IMG/VR virus record: IMGVR_UViG_3300010214_000036
Location: 1 to 39,191 of that record
Reading direction: 5' to 3' (one strand)
DNA: 39,191 nt
Origin: a virus
Taxonomy: Duplodnaviria; Caudoviricetes
Translations under genes and position numbers: made by a program
The notes under the pieces: model-generated
The model's database searches: none
Seen by the model: only the letters and a program-made list of their open reading frames with translations
Told to the model about the DNA's origin: nothing
Shown: positions 6,656 through 16,984 of the stretch, one piece after another
Position numbering within the stretch: the stretch's first letter is position 1
Layout of the letters: every line of letters begins with the position of its first letter

Positions 6656-7924
6656 CTAGACGGCGTACTCGAACTGGGCGATGATGCGGTCCGTGTTCGC
6701 CCAGGTGAACGGGGCCGTCGCGGTGACCGCGAGGAGCATCGCGGACGCGTTCAGGTAGCGGACGGCGACGGTGGTGCCGGACCAGTCGAGGACGGCGCCG
6801 ACGAACGAACCGGTGCCGGTGTCGTTCAGGGTGGCGCGGCCGAGCTGCAGGTACGCCTCCCCGATCCGGTCGGCCGGGGTGACCGGGCGGCCGATGGTGA
6901 GGTCGCCCGAGATCGTGATGGCCCCGGTGATCGGGATCGCGAGCTCACACCGCACGACACCGTTCCGCACCCGGTACCGGCCGGTCGCTGCCCCCGCCCC
7001 GGCAGTGAGGCCGGTGACGGTAGGGGTCCAGGCGATCCACTCGGACTCCCACAGCACCCAGGCGGTCCCGTTCCAGCGGTACTCGCCGGTGTTGGCCGCA
7101 CTGTCGCCGGTGACCCGTGCACGCTGTCCGACGAACGCGCCCGAGGCGGGCAGGTCCGTCTTGAGCGGGTACTCGGCGACGATCCGGGCCCGGGCGAACA
7201 CGCCAGTCGTGGTCTTCGCCGCGTCGAGGTCCGGGATCAGTGCCGCGGTGAGCGCGGGCAGCAGGTCGATCGGGATGAGCCCGTCTGCGTCGAGCTCGAC
7301 GTAGGTCGCGAGCGCATCGGAGATGAGCGTCGCGAGGGCGGGCGCCGAAAGCCGGGACGGCACCTGTGCCTCAGGGAGCTTCGCGCCCGAGTCGAGGGTC
7401 GCGGTCCCGTTCGGCTGCCCGGGCGCAACCGACGCGGCCGCGGCAATCGCAGCATCCCGTGCGGACACCGCCTGCGCGACCACGGCCTCCCACGCGGGAA
7501 TGTCGCCGCCGGGGTCCGGCGGGACGGGGACGACGCCGCCGAGATCGACGACGCCGCCCGCGGACCCGGTGATGTGGAAGTCCCGCACCGGGAACCCCTC
7601 GACGGTGATCTGCACCCGCCACGTCCACCCCGACGGTTCGATGTCGGGGTCCAGGCCGTACGGGAGGATCACGTCGGGGGTGCCGTCGACGAGGCCGCAG
7701 ATCGCGCCGTCGATGTTCGTCGTCGCCTCGACGGGCTCCTGGAACACCGTCAGCGATGCCGCCGGCACCCGGTAGATCGCCGGGTCCAGGTCCGGAGTGA
7801 ACAGGATGCGGGCGTTGTGGACGGGCACGAGATCCGGAGCGAGGCCCGGGTCATCGGAGTCGGCGACACCGAACGCGAGCTTGCCGGTGACGGTGAACGT
7901 CGACACCTGGATGGGGTAGTCCAT
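6656..7924 (-). CDS. Minor tail / tail fibre protein
   Basis: GAAGGAGG SD before ATG 7924. Fibre-type motifs GTATLDSGAKLP..Q.P and LDADGLIP..LLP; position in the tail module. Confidence 0.75.
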   Translation of the reverse strand: MDYPIQVSTFTVTGKLAFGVADSDDPGLAPDLVPVHNARILFTPDLDPAIYRVPAASLTVFQEPVEATTNIDGAICGLVDGTPDVILPYGLDPDIEPSGWTWRVQITVEGFPVRDFHITGSAGGVVDLGGVVPVPPDPGGDIPAWEAVVAQAVSARDAAIAAAASVAPGQPNGTATLDSGAKLPEAQVPSRLSAPALATLISDALATYVELDADGLIPIDLLPALTAALIPDLDAAKTTTGVFARARIVAEYPLKTDLPASGAFVGQRARVTGDSAANTGEYRWNGTAWVLWESEWIAWTPTVTGLTAGAGAATGRYRVRNGVVRCELAIPITGAITISGDLTIGRPVTPADRIGEAYLQLGRATLNDTGTGSFVGAVLDWSGTTVAVRYLNASAMLLAVTATAPFTWANTDRIIAQFEYAV

Positions 7925-7935
7925 GCGGTCCTCCT

Positions 7936-9474
7936 TCAGGTCCGGTTCGAGGTCGTGTTCACGGGGCCGACCGTCGCGGCCGCGAGGCCCTTGAAGTCGT
8001 TGCCGAAGACCCACGCGTCCACAACGGACGCATGCACCGAGACCCCCGCGGCGACCTCAGTGCCGCCGGGCACCCCGTGCGGGATCGCCTTGTTCCCGGT
8101 CGCGCCGGGACGGACCGCGCCCCCGGTGAAGCGGATCGCGGATGCCGCGCCGGACGGGTAGCCGGGACTGCTCGCGATGACCGCCGTGACGAACGCGTCC
8201 GTGCTGCCGTCGATCGTGACGCTGTAGGACGCGGTCTGGTGCGTCTTGACCCCGTTGACGGTGGTGTTGACGTTCCCGACGCCGTCGTAGACGCCCTCGT
8301 TCGTGCCGGTGATGCTTCCGCCCTTGGCCTCACAGTTGAGGCAGCCTTCGCCGAAGGTGATGCCGAACGCGCCGGGCCCGGTGATGGTCGGGCTCTCGAC
8401 GACGACGCGGATGCTCGCCATGACGCGGATGCCCTGCGAGCCTGGCAGCAGGGCTGCGTTGCAGCGGCTGATCTTCGAGTCCTGCCACCAGTACGCGACG
8501 ATCGCCCGAGTGAGCATGCGGTCGAACGTGCAGTCGTCGACCGTGATGTTCGAGTAGCGCTCGGACGTGGCGTGCGAGTGCGACCCGATTCCGATGGTGT
8601 GCGCACCCATCGCCCCGAACGGGCCGAAGTAGCAATGCCGGATCGTGCCGTTCTTCGTGACCGTCTCGTCGGCGGCGCCCGAGTCGGTGGGGTTCAGAGC
8701 ACAGTCGATCTGGATCGCTTCCTTGCCCGACTGGGTGCCAGCGAGGTAGCCGAGGAAGTTGCAGTTGTCGACGACGAACCCGTCGACACCGTTGAGCTCG
8801 AGCGCGTGGAAGCCCTTCGTTCGGAGCATCCACACGTCCCGCACGATGACGTTGCGGCAGTGGTTGAACGTGATGACGTTCGACTCGCCCGTGTACGTGT
8901 CGCCGTGGTGGTCGAGGGTGAAGCCGAGGAGGACGAGGTTCGAGTTCCCCTCGTAGCCGGGCGTGGTCTTGTCGCCCGCGGCCCAGTTCTGGAGGAAGTC
9001 GCCAGCCGAGCCGATGCGGTGGAACGTGACCCCGTACGCCTGGATCGTGATGTTCGACCCGGGGAAGCGCACCACACCCGCGTACCCGTAGTGCCCGGGC
9101 GGGACGACCACGACACCGCCGCCGGCCGCGGCGGCCGCGTCGAGCGCCGACTGCAGGGCCGGACGAATGTCGACGTCGGCGCCCTTCACCGCGCCGAACT
9201 TCACGACGTTGAACTGCGACTGCTGGGACACCGCCCACGCGAGCGCCTCCACCGCGTCCTTCGACAGCGACGCCCCGCCGAGGAGCCCGGCGACCGCGGC
9301 ATCCGTGGGAGCACCGTTCATGCCAGGGATGCCCTGCGCGCCACGCACGAGGCCCGCGTCGAGCTCGGTCTGGTCCGTCAGAGTCAGGACCAGATGCCCC
9401 TGCGGGGTGATCCGCGCCGTCTTCACGCCGTGGCCGCGAGGGCCGCGGAGGTTCGTCTTTCTCTTCCAGGCCAT
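7936..9474 (-). CDS. Tailspike with pectin-lyase-like right-handed beta helix (putative depolymerase)
   Basis: FNVVKFGA...D...ALQSALDAA...GGGVVVVPPG.Y cap followed by Asn/Cys-ladder repeats. Short collagen-like N terminus. Confidence 0.85.
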   Translation of the reverse strand: MAWKRKTNLRGPRGHGVKTARITPQGHLVLTLTDQTELDAGLVRGAQGIPGMNGAPTDAAVAGLLGGASLSKDAVEALAWAVSQQSQFNVVKFGAVKGADVDIRPALQSALDAAAAAGGGVVVVPPGHYGYAGVVRFPGSNITIQAYGVTFHRIGSAGDFLQNWAAGDKTTPGYEGNSNLVLLGFTLDHHGDTYTGESNVITFNHCRNVIVRDVWMLRTKGFHALELNGVDGFVVDNCNFLGYLAGTQSGKEAIQIDCALNPTDSGAADETVTKNGTIRHCYFGPFGAMGAHTIGIGSHSHATSERYSNITVDDCTFDRMLTRAIVAYWWQDSKISRCNAALLPGSQGIRVMASIRVVVESPTITGPGAFGITFGEGCLNCEAKGGSITGTNEGVYDGVGNVNTTVNGVKTHQTASYSVTIDGSTDAFVTAVIASSPGYPSGAASAIRFTGGAVRPGATGNKAIPHGVPGGTEVAAGVSVHASVVDAWVFGNDFKGLAAATVGPVNTTSNRT

Positions 9475-9475
9475 G

Positions 9476-9934
9476 TCAGCTCCACTCGTAGTAGTCGCCC
9501 GAGGCCGGGTCGAAGTCGTCGATGTTGTCGGGGTCCATGCGCAGCCAGGACGTGAAGGGCCCGCGTTCGGCGGGCGGCTCGAGGCCAACCCAGGTGAGGC
9601 CGGGCGCTCCCCCGTCGGTCGTGATGAGGTCGCCCAGCGCGCCACCATCGGCGGGGACGTAGAGGCGGCCCGGGATCTCCGCGAAGCCCGCCGGCTGCCC
9701 GAGAGCGTCGAGCCAGGTCACCGTGAGCCGGTACGACGTCGCCGGGCGGATCGTGTCCGTCGGCGCGAGGTTCACGCTGAACACGCCGAGCGCGTTCGGC
9801 ACGACCTCGATCAGACGGTCGATGCGGACCGTCCCGCTATCGATCCCGGCATCCGCCTGGAACCCGAGCCGCGGCTGCAACCCGGGAATCGGAGACAGCC
9901 CCAGATCGGTCATGCTGCCCGTGACGATCGCCAT
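9476..9934 (-). CDS. Minor tail protein
   Basis: AAGGAG SD; G.F.V.L.PT...P...Y pattern; tail synteny. Confidence 0.7.
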   Translation of the reverse strand: MAIVTGSMTDLGLSPIPGLQPRLGFQADAGIDSGTVRIDRLIEVVPNALGVFSVNLAPTDTIRPATSYRLTVTWLDALGQPAGFAEIPGRLYVPADGGALGDLITTDGGAPGLTWVGLEPPAERGPFTSWLRMDPDNIDDFDPASGDYYEWS

Positions 9935-9999
9935 GCGTGGCTCCTTCCGCCCCGCGCTGGGGGTATTAATCGGGGGTGGGCGCGGGTATGCTCCGGGGC

Positions 10000-10545
10000 A
10001 TGCCGAAACGGGGACTCGTCATCGCCTCAGCCATCGCCGCCGTGCTCGTCGTCGGAGGCGGAACCGCCACCGCGATCGCGCTCGCAGGCCAGGCCAGCGA
10101 CACCGCACCCGAGGCGGGCGCCGCGTCAGAGCCGGTTGAGACCAGCGCCCCGGGTGAGACGCCAGAACCGAGCGAACCTGGCATCGACGTCGAAGCGCTC
10201 ACCGCGCCCGGGGCGGTCTGCCACCCGAACGCCGGAGACGACTTCCCCTGCCTCGTCGTCGCGCCTGACCTCGCCGTGCTCAACATGACTGGCACGGGCC
10301 GGGCGGGCGAGCCTCTTATCTCAATGGCCGACGCCGACCGGATCGCCCTCGCGCATGAGGCGTGCAGCGTCCTCGCGGAAGGTGGATCGGCCGAGACGGT
10401 CACCCTGATCGAGACGAACGATCCCGACAGGCCCGCCACGGCGAACAACTTCGCGGTCTTCTCCGCCGGCGCGGCCGCCTACTGCCCCGAGTATGCGGAG
10501 CAGTGGGTTCAGGACGAGCTCTCGGCCGCCACCCAGTCGGGCTGA
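10000..10545 (+). CDS. Membrane-anchored exported protein (inverted moron)
   Basis: N-terminal hydrophobic segment, PEST linker, four Cys with AAAYCPEY end. TATGCT -10 lies 7 nt before ATG 10000. Confidence 0.75.
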   Translation: MPKRGLVIASAIAAVLVVGGGTATAIALAGQASDTAPEAGAASEPVETSAPGETPEPSEPGIDVEALTAPGAVCHPNAGDDFPCLVVAPDLAVLNMTGTGRAGEPLISMADADRIALAHEACSVLAEGGSAETVTLIETNDPDRPATANNFAVFSAGAAAYCPEYAEQWVQDELSAATQSG

Positions 10546-11447
10546 CGCTCCTCCACCAGGAAGTCTCCGCCGAATCGCTCCGCCTTCACGAGCCACGAGG
10601 CTCGACGGCCAGCCTCGCCGGTGATGACGAACGCGCCGTCATCGATGTCGGTCCAGTCGGGGACGAACCCCCGCCCAGTGACGAGAACAGTGCGCCCCTC
10701 AGGCTTGGCGAGCGCCTCGAAGTACTCCGGAAGTTCGACTGTTGCCTCGCCCTCTGCGCTCAGAGTCACCTCGCCCCAGTACTCGATGCCCGACACGGGG
10801 GACTCCGTCGCCCCATGACGTAGCCAGTGCCTACCCTTCGTGGGGTGCTCCATGATGAAGCTCTTCGAGCCGGTAGTTTGCAAGCCACCATCCGCCCAGA
10901 GCATCCCGACGACGTGCGTACCTGAGCTGTTCACCTGGATTGCGCGCGTCGGATCGAACTGCATGCCGGCGGAGCTCGGGAACACGAACACTCGGGGGCC
11001 GACTCCAGAGATGAGCCTGACGCCGCTGCCGTCGGCTTCGAGCTTCACGCCGGTATTGAACAGCACCGCGCCGCTGCCGGACGACGGGTCGAGGGTCATC
11101 GCGGTGCCGACCTGGATCTTCCCGGCCCCCTTAACGGACAGCGTCTTGAGCAGCTCGGTCAGCCCGTCGACCGTGAAGGGCCCGGTGATCTTCACCGGGC
11201 CGGACAGCTCGGCGCTTCCCTCCCAATCGAACTCCCCGCTCCCGGCGAGAATGCCCAGGACGCTCGCGGTGCCGGTGACGTCCAGGCCGCCGTTCTCGAT
11301 CAGGACGATCCCGCCACTGTGAACACGGATGCCTGCACGGCCGACAGACGAGTTCTGGATGGTCGCGGTCCCGAGCTGGCGGATCTGCCGCTTGAGCTCG
11401 TTGATCTCCTGGCGCAGCGCGCGCTCCCCGCTGATGTAGTCGGGCAT
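10509..11447 (-). CDS. Minor tail protein
   Basis: N-terminal coiled coil, Gly-rich beta repeats, C-terminal KSF.M.HP...L.H...ESP domain. Confidence 0.8.
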   Translation of the reverse strand: MPDYISGERALRQEINELKRQIRQLGTATIQNSSVGRAGIRVHSGGIVLIENGGLDVTGTASVLGILAGSGEFDWEGSAELSGPVKITGPFTVDGLTELLKTLSVKGAGKIQVGTAMTLDPSSGSGAVLFNTGVKLEADGSGVRLISGVGPRVFVFPSSAGMQFDPTRAIQVNSSGTHVVGMLWADGGLQTTGSKSFIMEHPTKGRHWLRHGATESPVSGIEYWGEVTLSAEGEATVELPEYFEALAKPEGRTVLVTGRGFVPDWTDIDDGAFVITGEAGRRASWLVKAERFGGDFLVEERQPDWVAAESSS

Positions 11448-12523
11448 CAGTCACCTCCAGTGGTCGCGACGGTGACGGTGACCTTCTCGCCGAGCGTCCC
11501 GGACAGGCCGATGACGCGACGATCGTGGTAGCCGTCAGCCATCCAGTCATCGCCGTAGAAAAAGAGCCGGGCGAGATCACCCATCCCGATCGATGACCCC
11601 TCGCCGGACATGAGCACGTCGAAGGAGTACTCGCCGGTGGGGAACTCGTACGCGGCGAGATCCCAGTCGGAGTACGCCCACAGCTGCTGCAGCGTCGTCG
11701 CGCCCTTCCGCTGCGTGGTGCGGTCCAGCAGCGGCAGGGTGGAGGCGTTGTTGCGGCTCGACCCGACGAGCATGTCCTCCTCGGACCCTTCACCGATGTT
11801 GCGGGCGTTGTTCGTCATCCGCGCACCGTCGGTCACCTCGGAGAACGCGGACACGTTCGGGAACGCCGCCGTCGGGTGGAACTCGTGCGCGCTGCCCCCG
11901 ATCGGCCGCCCCATCCGCATCAGCCAGTTCAGCTTGTCGCCCACCCAGCGGGGGGCGAAGTCGATCTCGAGCCCCTCGCTCATCAGATCGTTCAGGACGT
12001 CGCCGACGTACTCCAGCTGGTACCCGTAGTAGGTCCGCTTCAGCGTGCCAGCCACGTCCGCGGGGAGAGTGATCGGCACCCCCATCGGCGGTGCCGCGGG
12101 ACCGGTGATGCCGCGCTGCACGGCGCGCTTCGCCAGGAGCTCGAGCGACGCGTTCGTGATCTCCGTCTTCCACTTCGACACGACCGGCGCGTTGTGGTTC
12201 CACGCGCCACGCCTTGCCCAGAGCCCCCAGAGGTCACAGAGATCGACTTGGATGCGGCGGGTTCCGACGCCCGGGTACGGGCGGCCTCGAACGATGCCGG
12301 CGTACATGACCGTGCCGTCCCAGTCGAGCACGATGGTGCGCTTCCAGTGCGCGAGCAGGTCACGCAGCTGCGGCTTCGTGTACGCCACCACGCCGGTCCC
12401 GATCGGGATGGTGACGCTGCCGGCGTTCTCGATCCCGATCGCACGCGCCCAGGAGGCGTCCATGATCGGCAGCATCCCGACCCGCTCCCCCGTGACGGTG
12501 TCGACTGACCAGGCTGTCCACAT
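11447..12523 (-). CDS. Minor tail protein (baseplate hub / Tal position)
   Basis: Second gene after tape measure; size and composition typical of this position. Confidence 0.8.
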   Translation of the reverse strand: MWTAWSVDTVTGERVGMLPIMDASWARAIGIENAGSVTIPIGTGVVAYTKPQLRDLLAHWKRTIVLDWDGTVMYAGIVRGRPYPGVGTRRIQVDLCDLWGLWARRGAWNHNAPVVSKWKTEITNASLELLAKRAVQRGITGPAAPPMGVPITLPADVAGTLKRTYYGYQLEYVGDVLNDLMSEGLEIDFAPRWVGDKLNWLMRMGRPIGGSAHEFHPTAAFPNVSAFSEVTDGARMTNNARNIGEGSEEDMLVGSSRNNASTLPLLDRTTQRKGATTLQQLWAYSDWDLAAYEFPTGEYSFDVLMSGEGSSIGMGDLARLFFYGDDWMADGYHDRRVIGLSGTLGEKVTVTVATTGGD

Positions 12524-12535
12524 GCGAACGCCCCC

Positions 12536-13300
12536 TCAGATGTAGGTGTCCGTGACCGAGACGGTGAGCGACCCGGCCGACGTCGTCGCGGCGACCGACT
12601 GCCCGGGCGGGATCGTCCACGGCTCGAACCGGGTCAGGCCACCGAGCACGGGGACGCCCCCGACAGTGAGCGTCCCCGTCGCAAGGTCGATCTCGTGCCC
12701 GGCGGACGTCAGCGCCGCGGTAACCGTGATCCGTCGCCCCTGGGGGCCGGTGACCGTGTACCCGCCCGCCGACGACCCGGTGACGATCAGCTTCGGCACG
12801 GCCGGGAAGTTGCCGTAGTGGAACGCCGCCCGACCGCCGGGGAAGGTACGGGTTGCGCCGTACTTCCTGGGGTTCGCGCAGACGAGCTGGAGAACGAAAC
12901 CGGCGCGGCGGATGCCGTGATACAGCCCGGCATCGCGGAACTCGGTCTTGCCTCCGCGGCGGGCGTTGGCCCAGAGCGTCTCGCCACGGTGGTCGATGAA
13001 CGGCCGCAACGGCCCCTCGGCACCGAGACCCGTCACGACTGAGCGGAGCTGCGCGAGCTTCCGATCAGTCCGCGCGAGCGCCCAGCCCGCGATGGTGACG
13101 GTCCGGGGCCCCTGCATGACCGGGACGTCGAACTGCCCGTGCTGGCCCGGCATGTCGATCGCTTCCCAGCGAGCATCGCCAGAGTCATCCCAGCCGGTGA
13201 ACCCGTCCCGCTTGACGTAGAGCCCATCCACCGGGCGCCCCTCAAGGGGGCGCCCGAGGATGTGCACCTGACCGAACCTGATCCGCAGGACCTCCGACAT
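12536..13300 (-). CDS. Distal tail (Dit)-like protein
   Basis: First gene after tape measure; GFTGW, LVCANPRKYG and GNFPA.P motifs; ATG 13300. Confidence 0.8.
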   Translation of the reverse strand: MSEVLRIRFGQVHILGRPLEGRPVDGLYVKRDGFTGWDDSGDARWEAIDMPGQHGQFDVPVMQGPRTVTIAGWALARTDRKLAQLRSVVTGLGAEGPLRPFIDHRGETLWANARRGGKTEFRDAGLYHGIRRAGFVLQLVCANPRKYGATRTFPGGRAAFHYGNFPAVPKLIVTGSSAGGYTVTGPQGRRITVTAALTSAGHEIDLATGTLTVGGVPVLGGLTRFEPWTIPPGQSVAATTSAGSLTVSVTDTYI

Positions 13301-13313
13301 CGACTCACCTGCC

Positions 13314-16300
13314 TCACCGGTAGAGCTGGCGCATCTTCTCGCCGGCGAGATCGACCGCGACCTGCGGGTCCATCTCGGCGAAGTTGTTGTTCTGCACCAC
13401 CTGCGGACCTGCACCACCCGCCGCGCCGGTTGGCGCCGAGCTCGACGCGGCCGCGGCAACCGTCGTAGAGACGGTGTCCATCGCCTGCTGTGCTCGTACG
13501 GACGCGTCCTGCGCCATGCCGACGAGCGAGTCACCGAACCCGGGCCCCTCGTCGTCGATTGCGTTGACTGCGCCCTGCACGACGTTGCGGCCGGCGCCGT
13601 ACATGCGCCGCGACGGCGAGTGGATATCCCAGAACGAGGTGAACGAGTCCCACGCGCTGGATGCGATGTCCCCGATCGCGTCGCCGACTGCACCGACCAT
13701 CGACAGCAGACCGTCGATGATGCCCTGCACGATCTGGATACCGAGGTCCAGCCAGTCGACTCCGGCGAGTCCCTCCCAGATCGCCTTCACGATCTCGGGC
13801 ATCATCTCGAGGATCTGCGGGATCGCTTCGACGAGGCCGGTGATGATCGAGACGACGAGCTGGATGCCCGCTTCGATCAGCTGCGGCAGCATCGTCAGCA
13901 GCCCGGTTACGAGCTGGATGACGAGGTTGATCGCGGCGGTGATCAGCTGCGGTAGCGCGGCGACGAGCCCCTGGACGAGCGACAGGATCAGCTGGATGCC
14001 GCCCTCGATGATGAGGGGCAGATTCGTGATGATCGCGTCGAGCAAGCCCATGACCAGATCGAGCGCGGCCTGCACGATCATCGGCAGTGCGGCGACGATC
14101 CCCTGCACGAGCGAGACGAGCAGTTTCACGCCGCCGGCGATGATCGCCGGCAAGCTCGCTACGATCCCGGACAGCAGCCCGGAGACCAGCGCGAGCGCCC
14201 CGTCGATCAGGAGCGGGACGGCCTGGATGATCCCGTCGAGCAGGGAGGTCACCAGCTCGATCGCGGCGTCGATGATGGCCGGCAGGTTCGAGACGATGCC
14301 CTGGACGAGTCCTTGCACCAGGCTGAGCGCGCCATCGACGAGCAGCGGGACCGCGGTCACGATGCCGGAGATGAGCGCCTGGATGATGCCGGCGCCCGCC
14401 GTCAGCAGCTCGGGGATTGCGCTGAGGATCGCCTGCACGATGCCAGGCACCGCGGCCGTGACGGCGCCGATCAGCCCGGGGAGCATCCCGACGATCTGGT
14501 CGATGATGCCGGTGAACCCGGACACGAGCGCGCCCGCGTCACCGCCGGTTGCGATGAAGCCTGCAAGCGCGGCCGCGGCGATCCCGAGGGGGCCGCCGAG
14601 CAGTCCGAGCGCCCCGGACAGGCCAGGCAGCAGGGCATTCAGCGGGCCGAGCTTGGCGAGCAGCCCGCCGATGCCACCGGCGCCGAGCGCCGCGAACGCG
14701 GCACCGAGCGGACCGATGATGCCGGAGAGCCCCTGCAGGCCCGTGCCAGCCAGGCCCGCGCCGGAGCCGATCTGATTGAACAGGTTCGTCAGCCAGTCCA
14801 TCGCGGGCCCGAGGACCTTCACGAGCACGCCGCCGAACGCCTTCGCCCGCTCCTCGATGGGGCCGAGGGCGGAGGTGGCGGCCTGGATCAGCGGCCCGAT
14901 CTTCGCGTAGACGCCTTCGAGCGCGTTCGCCCCGATCCGGCCCATTGCGGCGAGGAAGTTCTTCGCTGCGCCGGGAACGGTCTTGCCCATCTCCTGCGAG
15001 ACGGTGCCGGCGGCCTTCTCCGCCGCCTTCGAGAACGTCTCGAAGTCGATCTCGCCGCGCGAGGCCATCTCGAACACTTCGCCGGCGGTGACGCCGAGCT
15101 GGTCGCCGAGGGCCTTGTAGATCGGGATGCCCTTGTCGGCGAGCTGCCCGATGACGTCGTTCTGGACGCCGTTGGCCTGGGTGGCGGCCTTGTTGAAGAT
15201 GGAGCCCATCTCCTCCATCGACAGGCCCGCCGCGGAGGCGTTGTTCGCGATGTTCTTGAGGTGGGCCTGCAGCTGCGCGCCGGGCTTGATGTTCGCCGCG
15301 ACCGCGGACGCGGCGACGGTGGCCGCCTCTCCGAGCCCGAAGCTCGTGCCACGCACCGAGGTGAGCGCGTCGCCCATGATCGTCTTGACGGTGCCGGCGT
15401 CGTTCCCGAGGCCGGTGAGCTTCGCCCGGGCCGTGTCGATCGCGTTGAGGCGGCTGAAGCCCTTCCCGAACGCGACGGCGATGCCTGCCGCGGCGGCGGT
15501 GACGCCGGCTGTGGCGCTGTTCCGAAGTCCTGCCCCGAGGGCCTGGCCTGCGGCGGTGCCGGCGCGCTGCGCGGCGCTGACGACGGACTGCAGCGCGGAC
15601 GCCGCCTGCGAGCCGAGCGTCGACAGGCCGGAGCGGAACGTCGACACCATGTTCGACGCGGCAGGGCCGACGACACCGACGAGCTTGCGGAACCCGGCCG
15701 ACACCTGCGAGGTGACCGGGCTCATCCAGGCCGCGACGCCCTGCCCGAGGCGGATGAACGGGGACGCGACTGCGGCGCCGGCGGCCGACGCGGCCCGGCC
15801 GACCGGGGCCAGTGCGGTGCGCACCGTGGCGCCGACACCGCCGAGCCAGCGGGCGGACGCCGTCCAGCCCTTCGCGAGCTGCCCGCCGACCATCGTCGCG
15901 AGCGAGGTGAACGACGTCGACACCTGGCGGGCGGTGAGGCGCGCCAGGCGGCCGAGGTGCGTCAGCCCGGTCACGTCGGACACGGCGCGGAGGAACCCGG
16001 CGACGGAGCCGGACAGGCCGGTGAAGGCCGACTGCGCAGCCTTCGCATCCGTCCACCCGGCGCGGAGGTTCAGCACCATGTCGCGGAGACCGCCCGATGC
16101 CGACGTAGCGGCGATCGACGTTGCGGCGGTCGCCGCGGTGACGGCGTCCTGCGCCGCCTTCAGCCGGCTCGTCGCCGCCGTGACGGCGTCGGCACTGATC
16201 TGCTGCGCACGGCGCACCGAAGCGAGCCGCTCGGCCGCCGCGACCGCGAGCGCCGACTCGGCGCCGCCACGCGCGATGGCTTCCTGCAGGCGCACCTCGG

Positions 16301-16610
16301 CGACACGGGTGCGGCCGGCGTCGTCCTGCTGCTTCAGGCGAGCCTTCGACAGCGCGGTCGACGCGGCCGCGACCTCGGCGGTCAGCTTCCGCATCGGGGC
16401 CGCGCCAAGGTCGCCGGCGGCCGACGAGAGGCCCGCCTTCAGGTCGCGGCCGAGAGTGCGGCCGGTCCCCCGGCCGGCGCCCTTGAACCCGCCCTCGAAG
16501 GTCTTCGCGCCAGCAGCGCCGGCGGCCTTCGTCTCCTTCGTGACCGTCGACTTGAATCCGGTCATCACCGGGAAGATGCTGACGTGACCGCTACCGACCT
16601 CGGAAGACAT
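13314..16610 (-). CDS. Tape measure protein
   Basis: 1098 aa, Ala/Gly-rich helical. V.GTSFGL.EA and QLADKGIPI domain, periodic hydrophobic repeats, IHSPSR motif. Confidence 0.95.
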   Translation of the reverse strand: MSSEVGSGHVSIFPVMTGFKSTVTKETKAAGAAGAKTFEGGFKGAGRGTGRTLGRDLKAGLSSAAGDLGAAPMRKLTAEVAAASTALSKARLKQQDDAGRTRVAEVRLQEAIARGGAESALAVAAAERLASVRRAQQISADAVTAATSRLKAAQDAVTAATAATSIAATSASGGLRDMVLNLRAGWTDAKAAQSAFTGLSGSVAGFLRAVSDVTGLTHLGRLARLTARQVSTSFTSLATMVGGQLAKGWTASARWLGGVGATVRTALAPVGRAASAAGAAVASPFIRLGQGVAAWMSPVTSQVSAGFRKLVGVVGPAASNMVSTFRSGLSTLGSQAASALQSVVSAAQRAGTAAGQALGAGLRNSATAGVTAAAAGIAVAFGKGFSRLNAIDTARAKLTGLGNDAGTVKTIMGDALTSVRGTSFGLGEAATVAASAVAANIKPGAQLQAHLKNIANNASAAGLSMEEMGSIFNKAATQANGVQNDVIGQLADKGIPIYKALGDQLGVTAGEVFEMASRGEIDFETFSKAAEKAAGTVSQEMGKTVPGAAKNFLAAMGRIGANALEGVYAKIGPLIQAATSALGPIEERAKAFGGVLVKVLGPAMDWLTNLFNQIGSGAGLAGTGLQGLSGIIGPLGAAFAALGAGGIGGLLAKLGPLNALLPGLSGALGLLGGPLGIAAAALAGFIATGGDAGALVSGFTGIIDQIVGMLPGLIGAVTAAVPGIVQAILSAIPELLTAGAGIIQALISGIVTAVPLLVDGALSLVQGLVQGIVSNLPAIIDAAIELVTSLLDGIIQAVPLLIDGALALVSGLLSGIVASLPAIIAGGVKLLVSLVQGIVAALPMIVQAALDLVMGLLDAIITNLPLIIEGGIQLILSLVQGLVAALPQLITAAINLVIQLVTGLLTMLPQLIEAGIQLVVSIITGLVEAIPQILEMMPEIVKAIWEGLAGVDWLDLGIQIVQGIIDGLLSMVGAVGDAIGDIASSAWDSFTSFWDIHSPSRRMYGAGRNVVQGAVNAIDDEGPGFGDSLVGMAQDASVRAQQAMDTVSTTVAAAASSSAPTGAAGGAGPQVVQNNNFAEMDPQVAVDLAGEKMRQLYR

Positions 16611-16624
16611 GGCACCCCCTCGGA

Positions 16625-16984
16625 TCAGCTGAAGAGGATGCCGTCCTCGAGCTCAGCGGCCGCCGCGGCGACCTCGTCGGGCGTGGCCTGCTGCTCGCGG
16701 CGCGGCACCTTCATCGCCCACGGCATGAGCTTCTTCGACGCCTTCGGGTCCCCGATCTGCGCGACGAGCGAGATCAGGGTGGGGATGGATGCCGGGTACG
16801 CCCACCCGGCGAGCTCCGCACCGAGCGCGGTGGCGGGGTCCTCGGCAGCCTGCTCGAGGAGGACCTTCGCTTCGCCCCAGATGAGGCCGTCGCCCAGGTC
16901 CGACAGGCCAACCCCGAACGTCTCCCGCAAGGTGCGGGCGACGGTTCGGGGATGGTCGCGGATGAGCTGGGCGACGGCGATCAT
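16625..16984 (-). CDS. Tail assembly chaperone, second (T) segment
   Basis: In the -1 frame relative to the upstream chaperone, with ATGA overlap; directly before tape measure. Confidence 0.75.
   Translation of the reverse strand: MIAVAQLIRDHPRTVARTLRETFGVGLSDLGDGLIWGEAKVLLEQAAEDPATALGAELAGWAYPASIPTLISLVAQIGDPKASKKLMPWAMKVPRREQQATPDEVAAAAAELEDGILFS

Noticed and set aside
851-9963. CCCC-N-GGGG motifs upstream of moron genes (851, 5159, 9950)
   Set aside because: Spacer varies from 4 to 6 nt and such runs are expected at this GC content; cannot be supported without a motif statistic.
13800-14500. Periodic repeats in a long gene
   Set aside because: Ordinary tape measure helical repeats.
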